Numbered from the stretch's first letter, positions 35,061 through 45,417 are shown. The stretch: DNA of 64,000 nt from Bacteroidetes bacterium GWF2_33_16 (GCA_001768565.1 MEOE01000011.1:140803-204802), one strand, 5' to 3'. Notes: generated by a model not told the origin, from the letters alone. Program-made: numbers and translations.

Positions 35061-37118
35061 TTAATTAATATGTTTCAGAGCTTCTTCAGTGGCAGCTATC
35101 ATCGGTTTAATAGATATACTTTCACCTACAGCTTTTTGCATCCAAACATCTGGAGTTAGTCTTCCTAAACTCCATATTCGATCAACTTCCTTAGCAAAAT
35201 CTTTTCCAGTTATATATTGTTCAATCTGAAAATCAATTAGATGGCCGAATGAATAATTAGCTAAATAAAGCGGATTACTAATCATATGTGTGTAAATAGC
35301 CAGAATAGGCTCATCTTTAACACCATAGATATCAGCATAATACTTGTTCCAAATATCTTTTGAAATTTGAATAACCGCATTTTTAAGTTGAGTTGCTGTA
35401 GCTTCTGGATTTTCATATAGCCATTTCCAAACCTTCATATCCACCATTGAAACACCCATAATTTCAAATACCTGCCAGTAAAGATCTAGATTATTTAAAT
35501 GTTCTTTGTTAGGATTTGGATCGTTCATACCGAGTAATTGTAAATCCCGTTTTTGAAATAAAAATGCTAATGCCTCAGTAAAAGCAGTATTAGGAACACC
35601 GTTAATCATATAATAATCAACATCGTGTAAAGAAATTGTTTGTTCTACATTGTGGCCAAATTCGTGTACTGCAATATTATAACCTTTATAATCCATTCCT
35701 TTACTAGATATTCTGGTTCTAAGATGGGCATTTTCTGCTTTCATCTGAGCGCCCCATGCATGACCAGATCCACGAGCGGGATCAACAACCACTTTTGATG
35801 CAAGAAATGATGCACGTTCTTTTGGCCAACCAAGTTTTACCAAAATATTACCTAAATCAGCTTCGAGGGCTTTTGCGTTTGGATATTTATTTTCGGTTAT
35901 TGAGTTTAATAAATTTGCATCAATAGAGCTTCTTGCCTTAAACCCATCATACCAAATATCATAAGGGCGTAAATCTCTTCCCAATCGCTTGCTTATTAGC
36001 TTACCAACTTCTTTGGCAACAGGTGAGGAAAGATACTCATCAAATAACTTTTCAACCTCTTCTTGAGGGATTTCTTTGTCACCCGAAAAGCTTCTTTTAA
36101 TAAATGTGTTCAAATCAACATAATAACTATCTGTAGCTTTTAATGACCTAAAATTGTTTACTATCTGTTGATATCTTGTATCGGGTTCAGAGCTAAGTTG
36201 TATCTCAGATCCATTTTCGAGAACAGTATTATTTATCGGATTCCATTCGTATTCACCTGAATTAATAACTTTTTCAGGAATCGATTGGTCTATAATACGT
36301 TTCATGACTGAATATACAATATCCTGTTTTTCAAGTCCATTTTCGATATTTGCATAGTTAGATTTTATTTCATCACGCAAGTTCCAGTGCGAAAGAAGTA
36401 CCATATCTTCTGGGAATAGCTTTTCACCTTTATCATTTAAAAGATGTCCCATATAAATGTTGTATTCCGAAATATAGATATCGGCATCGGTGCCAGCTTG
36501 CGATATAGCTTGCGATAATGCTGCAGGAACGCGGGCTGTAAATATATCTCCTAAACGAGCATAAGCCCATTCTTTGGAGTTCCAATTAACACCCATTGCA
36601 TTTTTTTCATCTAACGAAAAGGGTGGGAAGTTTAGAGCAATAACAAAAGCTATTTTGTTGGCATAAAAATCATCAGCGAAATGAGCTTCCGGGCTATATG
36701 CTGCAAACATTGCATCAATCTTATGATAAGGACCATTATCAAGATGCATGTTCTCGTTTAAGTCAAGTGTAATTTTATTACCATGCCCCCAAAGTGATTC
36801 AAAGTTCTTCGATGTTTTTTCAAATACTATTAGTTTCTCATTTGCATCATTGATGTAATTATCGAAGCAGAAATTTTCGAATTCTGATTCTGAACCATCA
36901 GAAGCCCTCCATAATGATGCAGCATGAGCAACTCCACGTTCAATCAGATCTTTATTATCAGTTCCAAATTTTTCGATTAGAGAGTTTTGAACTTTTTTAA
37001 TTGTCATGTCCGTAATATTTTTAATATCAGCAGTTTTTTTATCTCCACATTTATCCGTACACTGAGTAAAAATAAATAAAAGCAGAGCGAATAGGATTAA
37101 ATAATTCTTTTTTGCCAT
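35061..37118 (-). CDS. zinc metallopeptidase lipoprotein (gluzincin, M3-like HEFGH motif)
   Basis: Lipobox (LLLFIFTQC). HEFGHN with a Glu about 26 residues downstream (AFTEALAF), as in M3-type gluzincins. The family assignment is not verified. Confidence 0.5.
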   Translation of the reverse strand: MAKKNYLILFALLLFIFTQCTDKCGDKKTADIKNITDMTIKKVQNSLIEKFGTDNKDLIERGVAHAASLWRASDGSESEFENFCFDNYINDANEKLIVFEKTSKNFESLWGHGNKITLDLNENMHLDNGPYHKIDAMFAAYSPEAHFADDFYANKIAFVIALNFPPFSLDEKNAMGVNWNSKEWAYARLGDIFTARVPAALSQAISQAGTDADIYISEYNIYMGHLLNDKGEKLFPEDMVLLSHWNLRDEIKSNYANIENGLEKQDIVYSVMKRIIDQSIPEKVINSGEYEWNPINNTVLENGSEIQLSSEPDTRYQQIVNNFRSLKATDSYYVDLNTFIKRSFSGDKEIPQEEVEKLFDEYLSSPVAKEVGKLISKRLGRDLRPYDIWYDGFKARSSIDANLLNSITENKYPNAKALEADLGNILVKLGWPKERASFLASKVVVDPARGSGHAWGAQMKAENAHLRTRISSKGMDYKGYNIAVHEFGHNVEQTISLHDVDYYMINGVPNTAFTEALAFLFQKRDLQLLGMNDPNPNKEHLNNLDLYWQVFEIMGVSMVDMKVWKWLYENPEATATQLKNAVIQISKDIWNKYYADIYGVKDEPILAIYTHMISNPLYLANYSFGHLIDFQIEQYITGKDFAKEVDRIWSLGRLTPDVWMQKAVGESISIKPMIAATEEALKHIN

Positions 37119-37190
37119 AGAGTTTAGGTATTAATATTTATTAATTAAACATTTAAGAATGATGCAAATAGTTAACAATAATACAAAAAA

Positions 37191-38960
37191 TTAAAGATCT
37201 TTAATTTGATTTATATCATAAATTTTTCCAATTGGATAAAGGTTCAATTGCTGATCCCAATAAGGAGTTCGTGCAAAAAACCAGAATAGTTTTGCATATT
37301 GATTATTATATATTTCTGGATTATCAGCTACTACTTTATCATATTCAACTTTAAGTTCAGGATTTTTAGCAATCATCTCTCTGGCCATTTTTTCCATAAC
37401 ATATGTTTCAACATATTCTTTGCGTTCAAAAATAGGATTAAAGAAGCCCCATTTTAGATATGAATCTGGTGCATTTGGCTCAAGAAGGTGAGCTATAACA
37501 AGTGCTGTTCTTTGATTCATATCTATAATTACAGATCCAGCAGGGAATTCTTTTTTCACAAAAGATGTCTGCATATTTACATCCTGAACCATCTGACGGC
37601 CTTCAAATGATGATCTACCAAAGCTCACATTTGTAAATTTTATCATCTCTACTTGAAATTCAGTAGTTTTTTCAAGTATCTTATATTTTATTCCATGCAA
37701 CGATAATCTATTAATGATTTCTGTCCATTCAACTGGAATAATATATGCTTCAGGCATCTTCACAAATTCAACTGGTTCCTGTTTTTCAAATGATACTATA
37801 TCAAACTCCTTCGGTTCTTTGCTGTAAACAAACCAATTATCACTTGTTAAATCGCTTTTAATTATTTCATAATCAACACCTTTAAACTTAACAATTGAAC
37901 TGTCGGATGAAGTGTTATAACTTACTGCAAATTCTTGCTTCCTAAATTCCTTCGATGCTACTTCTTTATCGGCATTGTGGTTAATCTCAATTAAATAATT
38001 GTGATCTCTGTTCATAATTGTAATTGAATGACGTATCATATTATATGTAGCATCGACGCGAGTTTTATAATCCTTTAACATGTGAGTTTCAATAAGCAAA
38101 CCTAGACGGTTTTGCACAGTTGAATAGCCAGTTGAGTATCTAGGAGAACCAATACCATGTATTAAACCGCTTCGAGGATCATGCCATTGCCTGAATGAAA
38201 CATATGGAAAAATCAAAACATTGTCTTTTTTAAGCATATCTTCAATTTCAATCAGATACTTATTTTGCCAATCGGTATGCTGCTTATTCATGTTGCCATA
38301 AGTATTCATGCCATATGTAATTGTATATTGATAATCAGCACCGTCAGTAGTGTGAACATCGATAAAAAAATCAGGTAACCAGCTATTAAATAACTTAAGC
38401 CATTGTTGCATTTCGGGAGCATCCGCTTTTATAAAGTCACGATTTAGATTTAAATTTTGGGCTGTTGTTCGCCAACCCATTTCTTTTGGACCATTCTGGT
38501 TAATTCGATTATATGGACTAAATCGCTCATGCCCATCAACATTGAAAATAGGAATAAATAAAATTGTTACATGATCTAATAATTCAGGATATTTATTATG
38601 AATTATAATATCTCGGATAAGCATTAAACCAGCATCTTTCCCTTCTGATTCGCCAGCATGTATGCATGCTTCAACTAGTAAAACAGCATTACCAGAGTTT
38701 CGAACACTCTCCGGTGTAAAGTTTTTATTTTTATCGATAATTAATAGTGGTAAATCTCTTCCCTGAGGACTTTTTCCGAAACTAGAATACCGCACTAATG
38801 GAGAGGCATTGGCCAATTGTAGACAATATTCAATGGTTTTATCATATCGGGGAGTTTCCAGATACCCAGATTTTTCGTAATAAGTTAGCCAATCAGGATT
38901 TTGTGCGTGCAATATATTACTAAACAAATATATAGCACAAAAAACAAGTACTTTTTTCAT
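37191..38960 (-). CDS. M14-family zinc carboxypeptidase-like protein (secreted)
   Basis: Signal peptide from Met6 (MKKVLVFCAIYLFSNILHA). HxxE zinc motif (CIHAGESEG) and a downstream His (DVHTTDG). Confidence 0.7.
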   Translation of the reverse strand: MKKVLVFCAIYLFSNILHAQNPDWLTYYEKSGYLETPRYDKTIEYCLQLANASPLVRYSSFGKSPQGRDLPLLIIDKNKNFTPESVRNSGNAVLLVEACIHAGESEGKDAGLMLIRDIIIHNKYPELLDHVTILFIPIFNVDGHERFSPYNRINQNGPKEMGWRTTAQNLNLNRDFIKADAPEMQQWLKLFNSWLPDFFIDVHTTDGADYQYTITYGMNTYGNMNKQHTDWQNKYLIEIEDMLKKDNVLIFPYVSFRQWHDPRSGLIHGIGSPRYSTGYSTVQNRLGLLIETHMLKDYKTRVDATYNMIRHSITIMNRDHNYLIEINHNADKEVASKEFRKQEFAVSYNTSSDSSIVKFKGVDYEIIKSDLTSDNWFVYSKEPKEFDIVSFEKQEPVEFVKMPEAYIIPVEWTEIINRLSLHGIKYKILEKTTEFQVEMIKFTNVSFGRSSFEGRQMVQDVNMQTSFVKKEFPAGSVIIDMNQRTALVIAHLLEPNAPDSYLKWGFFNPIFERKEYVETYVMEKMAREMIAKNPELKVEYDKVVADNPEIYNNQYAKLFWFFARTPYWDQQLNLYPIGKIYDINQIKDL

Positions 38961-39032
38961 ATAAAAACTTTGCATTTTTGACCATCAAAAATATGCAAAG
39001 TTTAATGACAAATAATATAATTACGATCGAAT

Positions 39033-39686
39033 TTAGTCTTCGAACTTAATGTTTTTACCCATCGTTCCTCTAAAACGCATAAAAAAACTTTCTCGTTCCT
39101 GTATAGCTATAAAATTATCTACAAATGCTTCATCAGGTATAATATTAATTTCTTCGATAATCAAAGAATCAAGAAAATCAAACGAGAACGGGATATAGTC
39201 AATTTCAATATTTAACTTTTTTAATAAACGTTTAAGCATTCGAGATTGAAATGGATCGGTTGCAAGAGCTACTTTCTTAAAACCTTGTTTTTTAGCAATT
39301 TCATAAGAATAATAAACATTTTCAACACTATGTTCTGCTCTCGATTCAATATGTATAAGATCTTCAGGAACTCCTAAATGTTTTGCATACAGGGCCATTA
39401 TTTTCGCTTCGATATATGGTGTATATACGGCTGAACCAGAATATATTATATTTTTAGTAATCCCTTTTGAATATAGATAATGTGACCAGTATATCCTTCC
39501 CATTAATACTCTTCCCATCCTTTCGTCTTTAAAAGGCACTCCAGGTACAATTATGGCATCATAAAGAAATTCACTTTTCTCTTCTTTAACTAATTTTTCA
39601 GGTTCAGTAGCTTTTGTTATTAAAAAATAGAATAATTGAATAACTATTAAACTTGCAATAAATAGAATTTTAGATATGTTTTTCAT
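39033..39686 (-). CDS. YdcF/SanA-like DUF218 protein
   Basis: DAIIVPGVPF and YSGSAVYTPYIEAKIMALYAKHLGVPEDLIHIESRAEHSVEN match the DUF218 pattern. There is an N-terminal anchor helix. Confidence 0.7.
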   Translation of the reverse strand: MKNISKILFIASLIVIQLFYFLITKATEPEKLVKEEKSEFLYDAIIVPGVPFKDERMGRVLMGRIYWSHYLYSKGITKNIIYSGSAVYTPYIEAKIMALYAKHLGVPEDLIHIESRAEHSVENVYYSYEIAKKQGFKKVALATDPFQSRMLKRLLKKLNIEIDYIPFSFDFLDSLIIEEINIIPDEAFVDNFIAIQERESFFMRFRGTMGKNIKFED

Positions 39687-39831
39687 TTTGTGGTTTTTTA
39701 TTTATTTAACAGAGAAGAGTATATTTTGTTCAAACTATAATATAAAATACTAAACAAACTGATTATACTAATCTTTTTATATTTTAAAATGATTCTTTAA
39801 ATTCGCAATAATTAACTTTAAAATTTAGTCT

Positions 39832-40173
39832 ATGAAACCTATAAAATCATTATTGCCATTATCAATCTGGTTAATGCGCATAGGCTTATTATTATTTGCC
39901 TACACTCACTATTTTGATACTATTATTAGTTTTGATTACGAAAATTTAAATTTTTATGTTGCTCTACTTTTTGGTATTTTCAGTATATTCATTTTTATTT
40001 CCGGATTTGTCGTTAAGCAGACATTAACTGTCGTTTCTGGGTTGGTATTAACAATTATTTCTATATATAATCTTGTTAAATTATTTGATGCAGGTGTTAC
40101 ATCATCTTTATCAGTTTTTATCATTATTACTGGTATAGCTGTTTATTTTTTAGCAAATCCTTCAACAAAATAG
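39832..40173 (+). CDS. small hypothetical membrane protein (about 4 TM helices)
   Basis: Hydrophobicity pattern only. Confidence 0.5.
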   Translation: MKPIKSLLPLSIWLMRIGLLLFAYTHYFDTIISFDYENLNFYVALLFGIFSIFIFISGFVVKQTLTVVSGLVLTIISIYNLVKLFDAGVTSSLSVFIIITGIAVYFLANPSTK

Positions 40174-40276
40174 GAAATCCACACATAATTATTATTAATG
40201 ATGATATTGTAAAACATATTCGTTTTACGATATTTTCCTTTATTTTAGCCTTCATTTTTTACGAAAGAAATAACAA

Positions 40277-41197
40277 ATGAAAAAGATACTTTGTGTTTAT
40301 TATTCTCAGTCAGGTCAATTGACACAGATTGTCAAAAATTTTACCAAACCATTCGAAAAATCTGGTAACTATTCTATTACCTTTGCTCCAATTGAGCCAG
40401 TGAATGATTATAAATTTCCATGGAAGGGTTATAATTTTTTCGATGCTTTTCCTGAATCAGTAAATCACATTCCTTGTGAGATCAGACCATTGAATTTAGA
40501 AAATGAAGATTTTGACTTAATCATTTTTGCTTATTCTGTTTGGTATATGTCGCCAGCAATACCATCAAATTCTTTCATAATGTCGGACCAGGCAAAACGT
40601 ATATTTAAAAACAAACCTGTTATTACATTGTTGGGCATCAGAAATATGTGGGTAGTTGCACAGGAGTACATAAAAGAAAAAGTCAATGAATTAGGGGGGA
40701 ATCTTGTTGGAAATATTGTATTGCAAGATCGAGCTGAAAATCTGACTGGAATAGTCACAATCTCTTACTTTTTATTTACAGGTAAAAAAGACCGTTTCTT
40801 AGGATTTTTTCCAAAACCAGGCATTTCTGATAAAGATATTGCCAATGTAGATTTATTTGGAGAGATTGTAAAAAATTACTTTGAAAATAATATGCTTGAT
40901 AAATTGCAAGAAGAATTAGTTAAGGCCAAAGCAGTCAAGATTAATTCATATTTATCTACAGTAGAGAGAATGGCTTATAAACGAGTGTTTTTAAAATGGG
41001 CAGGTTTTATTCTAAAAAAAGGTGGTCCCAATAATCCATCTCGCAAAAAAAGGGTAAAAATGTTTGCTTATTATTTTCCTTTTGCAATTTTAGTAATTGC
41101 TCCTATAGAATACATTTTTTTTCTTATTTTTGCCCCGTTTCGGATTAAAACTATAAAAAGAGACAAAGAATATTTTTCAGGAGTCAAACTCAAATAA
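40277..41197 (+). CDS. flavodoxin-fold protein resembling dialkylresorcinol condensing enzyme DarA
   Basis: N-terminus KILCVYYSQSGQLTQIV, size about 300 aa, a C-terminal hydrophobic helix, and a KAS III-like gene 17 nt downstream (the darA-darB arrangement). Assigned from memory of the family, not from a search. Confidence 0.45.
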   Translation: MKKILCVYYSQSGQLTQIVKNFTKPFEKSGNYSITFAPIEPVNDYKFPWKGYNFFDAFPESVNHIPCEIRPLNLENEDFDLIIFAYSVWYMSPAIPSNSFIMSDQAKRIFKNKPVITLLGIRNMWVVAQEYIKEKVNELGGNLVGNIVLQDRAENLTGIVTISYFLFTGKKDRFLGFFPKPGISDKDIANVDLFGEIVKNYFENNMLDKLQEELVKAKAVKINSYLSTVERMAYKRVFLKWAGFILKKGGPNNPSRKKRVKMFAYYFPFAILVIAPIEYIFFLIFAPFRIKTIKRDKEYFSGVKLK

Positions 41198-41214
41198 ATA
41201 CAGAAAAACTATAT

Positions 41215-42357
41215 ATGTCAAACCAAGTATATATCAATAATATTGCGAAGTTTCTACCTAACGAACCTGTTTCAAATGACGAAATGGAGTCTATTTTAGG
41301 ACTAGTAAATGGAAAACCATCAAGATCAAAAAATATTGTTTTACGACAAAATGGTATTAAAAACAGATACTATGTTATTGATAAAAATGGTAATGTAAAA
41401 TTTTCAAATGCAGAAATAACAGCGAATGCAATAAAAAAATTAGATAACAAAGCCTTTTCTATTAAAGATATTGAAGTACTATCTTGTGGTACATCGTTAC
41501 CTGATCAATTATTACCATCGCATGCATCAATGGTTCATGGGAAATTAGGCAATGTTCCTTTAGAGGTTAATTCTCCATCTGGAGTTTGTTGTGCTGGAAT
41601 GCATGCAATTAAATATGGTTACCTCTCGATATTATCTGAACAATCAAGAAATGCAGTTGCGACTGGCTCAGAAGTAATTTCAACATTATTAAGAGCCGAT
41701 AAATTTAATAAAGAAATTAATTGTACAAATCAACTTGAGCAAAATCCAATTCTTGCTTTTGAAAAGGATTTCTTGCGATGGATGTTATCTGATGGAGCAG
41801 GAGCTATGCTCATGGAAAACAAACCAAATGCAGAGGGAATTTCTTTAAAAATTGAATGGATTGAAACAATTTCGTATGCAAACGAATTGGATGCATGCAT
41901 GTATGCTGGTTCAGATAAAGATGTCAATGGAAATTTAATTGGATGGCGTGAATTTGATCCAGAATTATGGTTAGAAAAATCCATTTTTTCTGTAAAGCAG
42001 GATGTTAAATTGCTTGATAAATATGTGGTAAACAGATGTATTACACCCCTTGCAAATATTCTGAAGAAAAGAAATATTGATTCACACAAAGATGTAAACT
42101 ATTTTTTGCCTCATTTATCTTCTATGTATTTTAAGCAAAAATTGTATGATGAGTTAAAAACGCAGGGAATTGAAGTTACTGATGAAAAATGGTTTACAAA
42201 CTTAACTCGTGTTGGAAATGTTGGCTCTGCCTCAATTTATATAATTTTAGATGAATTATTTCATTCCGGAAATTTGAAAAAGGGAGAAAAAATTCTCATC
42301 ATGGTGCCTGAAAGTGGTAGATTCTCTTATGCATACGCTTATTTGACTGTTGTTTAA
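41215..42357 (+). CDS. beta-ketoacyl-ACP synthase III-like condensing enzyme (DarB-like)
   Basis: Thiolase-fold Cys-His-Asn candidates (SGVCCAGMHA; YFLPHLSS; GNVGSASIYI). N-terminus VYINNIAKFLPNEPVSNDEME. Confidence 0.65.
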   Translation: MSNQVYINNIAKFLPNEPVSNDEMESILGLVNGKPSRSKNIVLRQNGIKNRYYVIDKNGNVKFSNAEITANAIKKLDNKAFSIKDIEVLSCGTSLPDQLLPSHASMVHGKLGNVPLEVNSPSGVCCAGMHAIKYGYLSILSEQSRNAVATGSEVISTLLRADKFNKEINCTNQLEQNPILAFEKDFLRWMLSDGAGAMLMENKPNAEGISLKIEWIETISYANELDACMYAGSDKDVNGNLIGWREFDPELWLEKSIFSVKQDVKLLDKYVVNRCITPLANILKKRNIDSHKDVNYFLPHLSSMYFKQKLYDELKTQGIEVTDEKWFTNLTRVGNVGSASIYIILDELFHSGNLKKGEKILIMVPESGRFSYAYAYLTVV

Positions 42358-42377
42358 AAATAACCATTCATAAATTG

Positions 42378-42407
42378 AAGCTCAGTAGTTATTCTGCTGA
42401 GCTTTTT
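42378..42407 (+). terminator. rho-independent terminator
   Basis: AAGCTCAG / CTGAGCTT stem with an 11-nt loop and a T5 run. Confidence 0.7.
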
Positions 42408-42509
42408 GTTTTGTAAAAGTTTATTACAATCTTTATTTATTATTAATGAAAAATTGACTATTTAAGTCTTTTTGTTATTTTTGAATAATTAACCCTAAAA
42501 AACAAAAAC

Positions 42510-43679
42510 ATGTTCAATATTGCACTTTTTGGTCCTCCAGGCGCAGGAAAAGGTACTCAATCTAGGCTACTTATTGAGAAATTTAATCTGGCATATATTT
42601 CAACTGGCGATATTTTGCGCGAAGAAATCTCTGAAGGTTCAGAACTTGGAATGAAAGCAAAAAGTGTGATAGAACAAGGAGGATTAGTTTCTGATGAAAT
42701 AATAGTTCAGATAATTGAAAAAAAAATTAAAACTAACACCGAAGTTAATGGTTTTCTTTTCGATGGTTTTCCGCGAACTGTAGTGCAAGCATATATTTTA
42801 GAAGGTTTATTATTGAATCTTAATACCTCGCTTAATTGCATGATCAGTCTTGAGGTCCCACAAGATGTTCTAATGAACCGAATGCTTGAGCGATCAAAAA
42901 AAGAAAATCGTGCCGACGATACATTGGATGTAATTCAAAACAGGTTAAAAGAATACCAGAATAAAACAATTCCTGTTGCTCAATTTTATAAGGACAAAGG
43001 TATTTACTATGCTGTTGATGGAGTTGGAAAATTAGATGAAATATTTGAACGCATTACAAATGTAGTTGAAAACACACTTACCAAAACATGGTTAAATGTA
43101 GTTCTCTTTGGTCCTCCAGGAGCCGGTAAAGGAACTCAAGGCAAGCTTTTGGCTAAGAAATACGATCTTGTTTATATATCAACAGGGTCACTTTTACGTC
43201 GCGAAATAGAAAAAGGTACTGAGATGGGTTTAAGTGCAAAAGAATACATGGAGAAAGGCGATATTGTGCCAGATGAATTTGCTATTAAGCTAATTGAAAA
43301 ACAAATTCAGATGCACCCAAATGCAAAAGGTTTCTTCTTTAAGGGATTCCCAAGAACAATTGTTCAGGCATATATTTTAGATGGGTTATTGCGTAAATTA
43401 AACTCATCAGTATCTTGTGTTTTTCATCTTGATATATCAACTCTTGAGTCAATTAAACGATTAAATGCACGAAGTAAGACTCCTGATAAACGAAACTATG
43501 ATATTGATGCTGATGTAATTGTGAGAAGACTGGAAATTTATCAATACAAAACATTACCAGTTCTAAATTATTACAAGAAGCAAAAGAATATCTATGAAGT
43601 AGATGGAACCGGAAGTGAAGAAGATGTGTATAAAAGATTAACCGAAAAACTCGAACTAGCATTTAAAAATACGAGATAA
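42510..43679 (+). CDS. adk: tandem-domain adenylate kinase (two complete short-LID Adk modules fused)
   Basis: Two P-loops: ALFGPPGAGKGTQ at residues 5-17 and VLFGPPGAGKGTQ starting near residue 199. Each is followed by ISTGD/ISTGS, GFPRT and a C-terminal helix. 389 aa. Confidence 0.85.
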   Translation: MFNIALFGPPGAGKGTQSRLLIEKFNLAYISTGDILREEISEGSELGMKAKSVIEQGGLVSDEIIVQIIEKKIKTNTEVNGFLFDGFPRTVVQAYILEGLLLNLNTSLNCMISLEVPQDVLMNRMLERSKKENRADDTLDVIQNRLKEYQNKTIPVAQFYKDKGIYYAVDGVGKLDEIFERITNVVENTLTKTWLNVVLFGPPGAGKGTQGKLLAKKYDLVYISTGSLLRREIEKGTEMGLSAKEYMEKGDIVPDEFAIKLIEKQIQMHPNAKGFFFKGFPRTIVQAYILDGLLRKLNSSVSCVFHLDISTLESIKRLNARSKTPDKRNYDIDADVIVRRLEIYQYKTLPVLNYYKKQKNIYEVDGTGSEEDVYKRLTEKLELAFKNTR

Positions 43680-43703
43680 TAATAATTGAAATGTTAAAAA
43701 AGA

Positions 43704-43731
43704 GATACTGATTATCATCAGTATTTTTTTT
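43704..43731 (+). terminator. rho-independent terminator
   Basis: ATACTGAT / ATCAGTAT stem with a 4-nt loop and T9. Confidence 0.75.
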
Positions 43732-43782
43732 TATTACTGCAAAACAGATCAATTTAGATATCTTTAATTAACCAAAATTAAA

Positions 43783-45027
43783 ATGAGAAAAGTTACCTTA
43801 TTATTAAGTTTTGCAATTGTTAGCAATTGTCTTTTTGCACAAAAAAATTTTCAACCTGGTTATATTATTAATAATTCAGGACAAAAAATTGAAGGTTTTA
43901 TAGATTATAGAAAGTGGGATAGAAATCCTGATAAGATTAGTTTTATGGTAACTATGGAAGGTGAACCAATTACCTATTCTCCATTAGATATAAAATCTTT
44001 TTATGTTAAAGATGAAATGTCATATTATTTAAAAGATGAAATGTATATAAGTGCAATAGTAGATATTGACAAATCACCTTATAGCATAAGTGAATTGACC
44101 CAAGACTTTAATGGAAAATTTGAAAAAGAAGTTGTTTTTTTGTCCTTATATATACAAGGAGCTTATAATTTGTATTACTATAAAGATGAAAATAAAAAAA
44201 TTCATTATTTCATAAATAATCAGGGAAATGAAATTGAAGAATTAATTTTTAGAAAATATTTAAAAATTATTGAAGGGAACTCTAAAGTTATGAAATACGA
44301 ACAATATAAAGAGAAATTAATGGATTATTTACAAGATGATCCTTCAATAATTACGATGATAAATAAAACTTCATACAATACTAAACCTTTAATTGATTTA
44401 ATTGAGAAATATTCAAAAAACAAGGGGATTGAAATCATTAAGTATTTTGAACCTGCTCCTAAACATGGCAAAGTTAGTTTAAAAGTTTTTGGAGGTATTT
44501 TTAATAGTACTTTTTCTACAAAAATAGATATTCCAAGTAATATAGGTTACACCTTTGGAATTGGATTAAATGAAATTTCTCCTAGAAGGCTTCAGCGTTT
44601 CTCGTGGGATCAGGAAATATTGTTTTATAATGAAAAGGTAAATTATAATTATACAAATGTAGAAACTGTAATTCTTTCATATAATTACTTTTGCGATTTA
44701 GATTTGTATTATGCGAAATTTAATTTTTTAGGAAAATATCATATAGATTATGGCAATTTTAAACCATATTTTCATGCAGGAATTTCTGTGGCAACATTGT
44801 TTGCATATAAAGGAGAAAAAAATGAGACAAAAACATTCGGAGCTACAACAACAGTTACCGATGAAAAAGTGGGTCAAATCGCATTAGGAATTGTTGGAGG
44901 AATTGGCGCGAGTTATAATAAATTAAGTTTGGAACTGAGGTATGAAAAAGCAGGATCAGCAAGTTCAATTTCAGCAAATAATATTTATGTTCTAGTTGGA
45001 TTTGACTTGATATCAATAAAAAACTAA
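43783..45027 (+). CDS. hypothetical secreted protein, possibly outer-membrane beta-barrel at the C-terminus
   Basis: Signal peptide (LLLSFAIVSNCLFA). The C-terminal third has alternating hydrophobic strands and Gly-rich turns. Confidence 0.45.
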   Translation: MRKVTLLLSFAIVSNCLFAQKNFQPGYIINNSGQKIEGFIDYRKWDRNPDKISFMVTMEGEPITYSPLDIKSFYVKDEMSYYLKDEMYISAIVDIDKSPYSISELTQDFNGKFEKEVVFLSLYIQGAYNLYYYKDENKKIHYFINNQGNEIEELIFRKYLKIIEGNSKVMKYEQYKEKLMDYLQDDPSIITMINKTSYNTKPLIDLIEKYSKNKGIEIIKYFEPAPKHGKVSLKVFGGIFNSTFSTKIDIPSNIGYTFGIGLNEISPRRLQRFSWDQEILFYNEKVNYNYTNVETVILSYNYFCDLDLYYAKFNFLGKYHIDYGNFKPYFHAGISVATLFAYKGEKNETKTFGATTTVTDEKVGQIALGIVGGIGASYNKLSLELRYEKAGSASSISANNIYVLVGFDLISIKN

Positions 45028-45075
45028 ATTTATTTAGAAATTTATTACATGGCTCCTTTATAAAGGGTACCTTGT

Positions 45076-45417
45076 CTAATTTAGATCCAAAATTTCATCT
45101 ATCTGTTCTCCTTTTTCATCAAAAACAAGGGCGTATGTACCAAGTTCATATTCCTGTTTCTCGAATACCATATTTATAGCAACTTCAACGCAAGGAGTTT
45201 TCATTTCTTTGCTTTCAACATAAATAGCTACATGATGCAGTTCAACACCGATATCCTCAATCTGAATATTCTCTGGAAACTCTGTTTTTAATTGATTTAC
45301 ATCTTCGCCGGCAAAAGTATCAGCCAATAGGGCAGATAAGCTGGTAAGAGTATCTTCGATCAATTGATCTTTTGTTTTATTCTGAAAAAACAAGCTTTCT
45401 ATAGTTTCTTTGCTCAT
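45076..45417 (-). CDS. hypothetical small acidic protein
   Basis: 113-aa ORF with no competing frame. I recognise no motif. Confidence 0.45.
   Translation of the reverse strand: MSKETIESLFFQNKTKDQLIEDTLTSLSALLADTFAGEDVNQLKTEFPENIQIEDIGVELHHVAIYVESKEMKTPCVEVAINMVFEKQEYELGTYALVFDEKGEQIDEILDLN

Noticed and set aside
41730-42089. 119-aa minus-strand ORF inside the KAS III-like gene
   Set aside because: It is antisense to a gene with recognisable thiolase-fold catalytic motifs and has no supporting signals.
44005-44045. 13-nt direct repeat (A/T)AAAGATGAAATGT x2 inside the gene at 43783-45027
   Set aside because: It is an in-frame local duplication giving VKDEMSYYLKDEMY. It is most simply a slippage duplication within a coding region with no obvious regulatory meaning.
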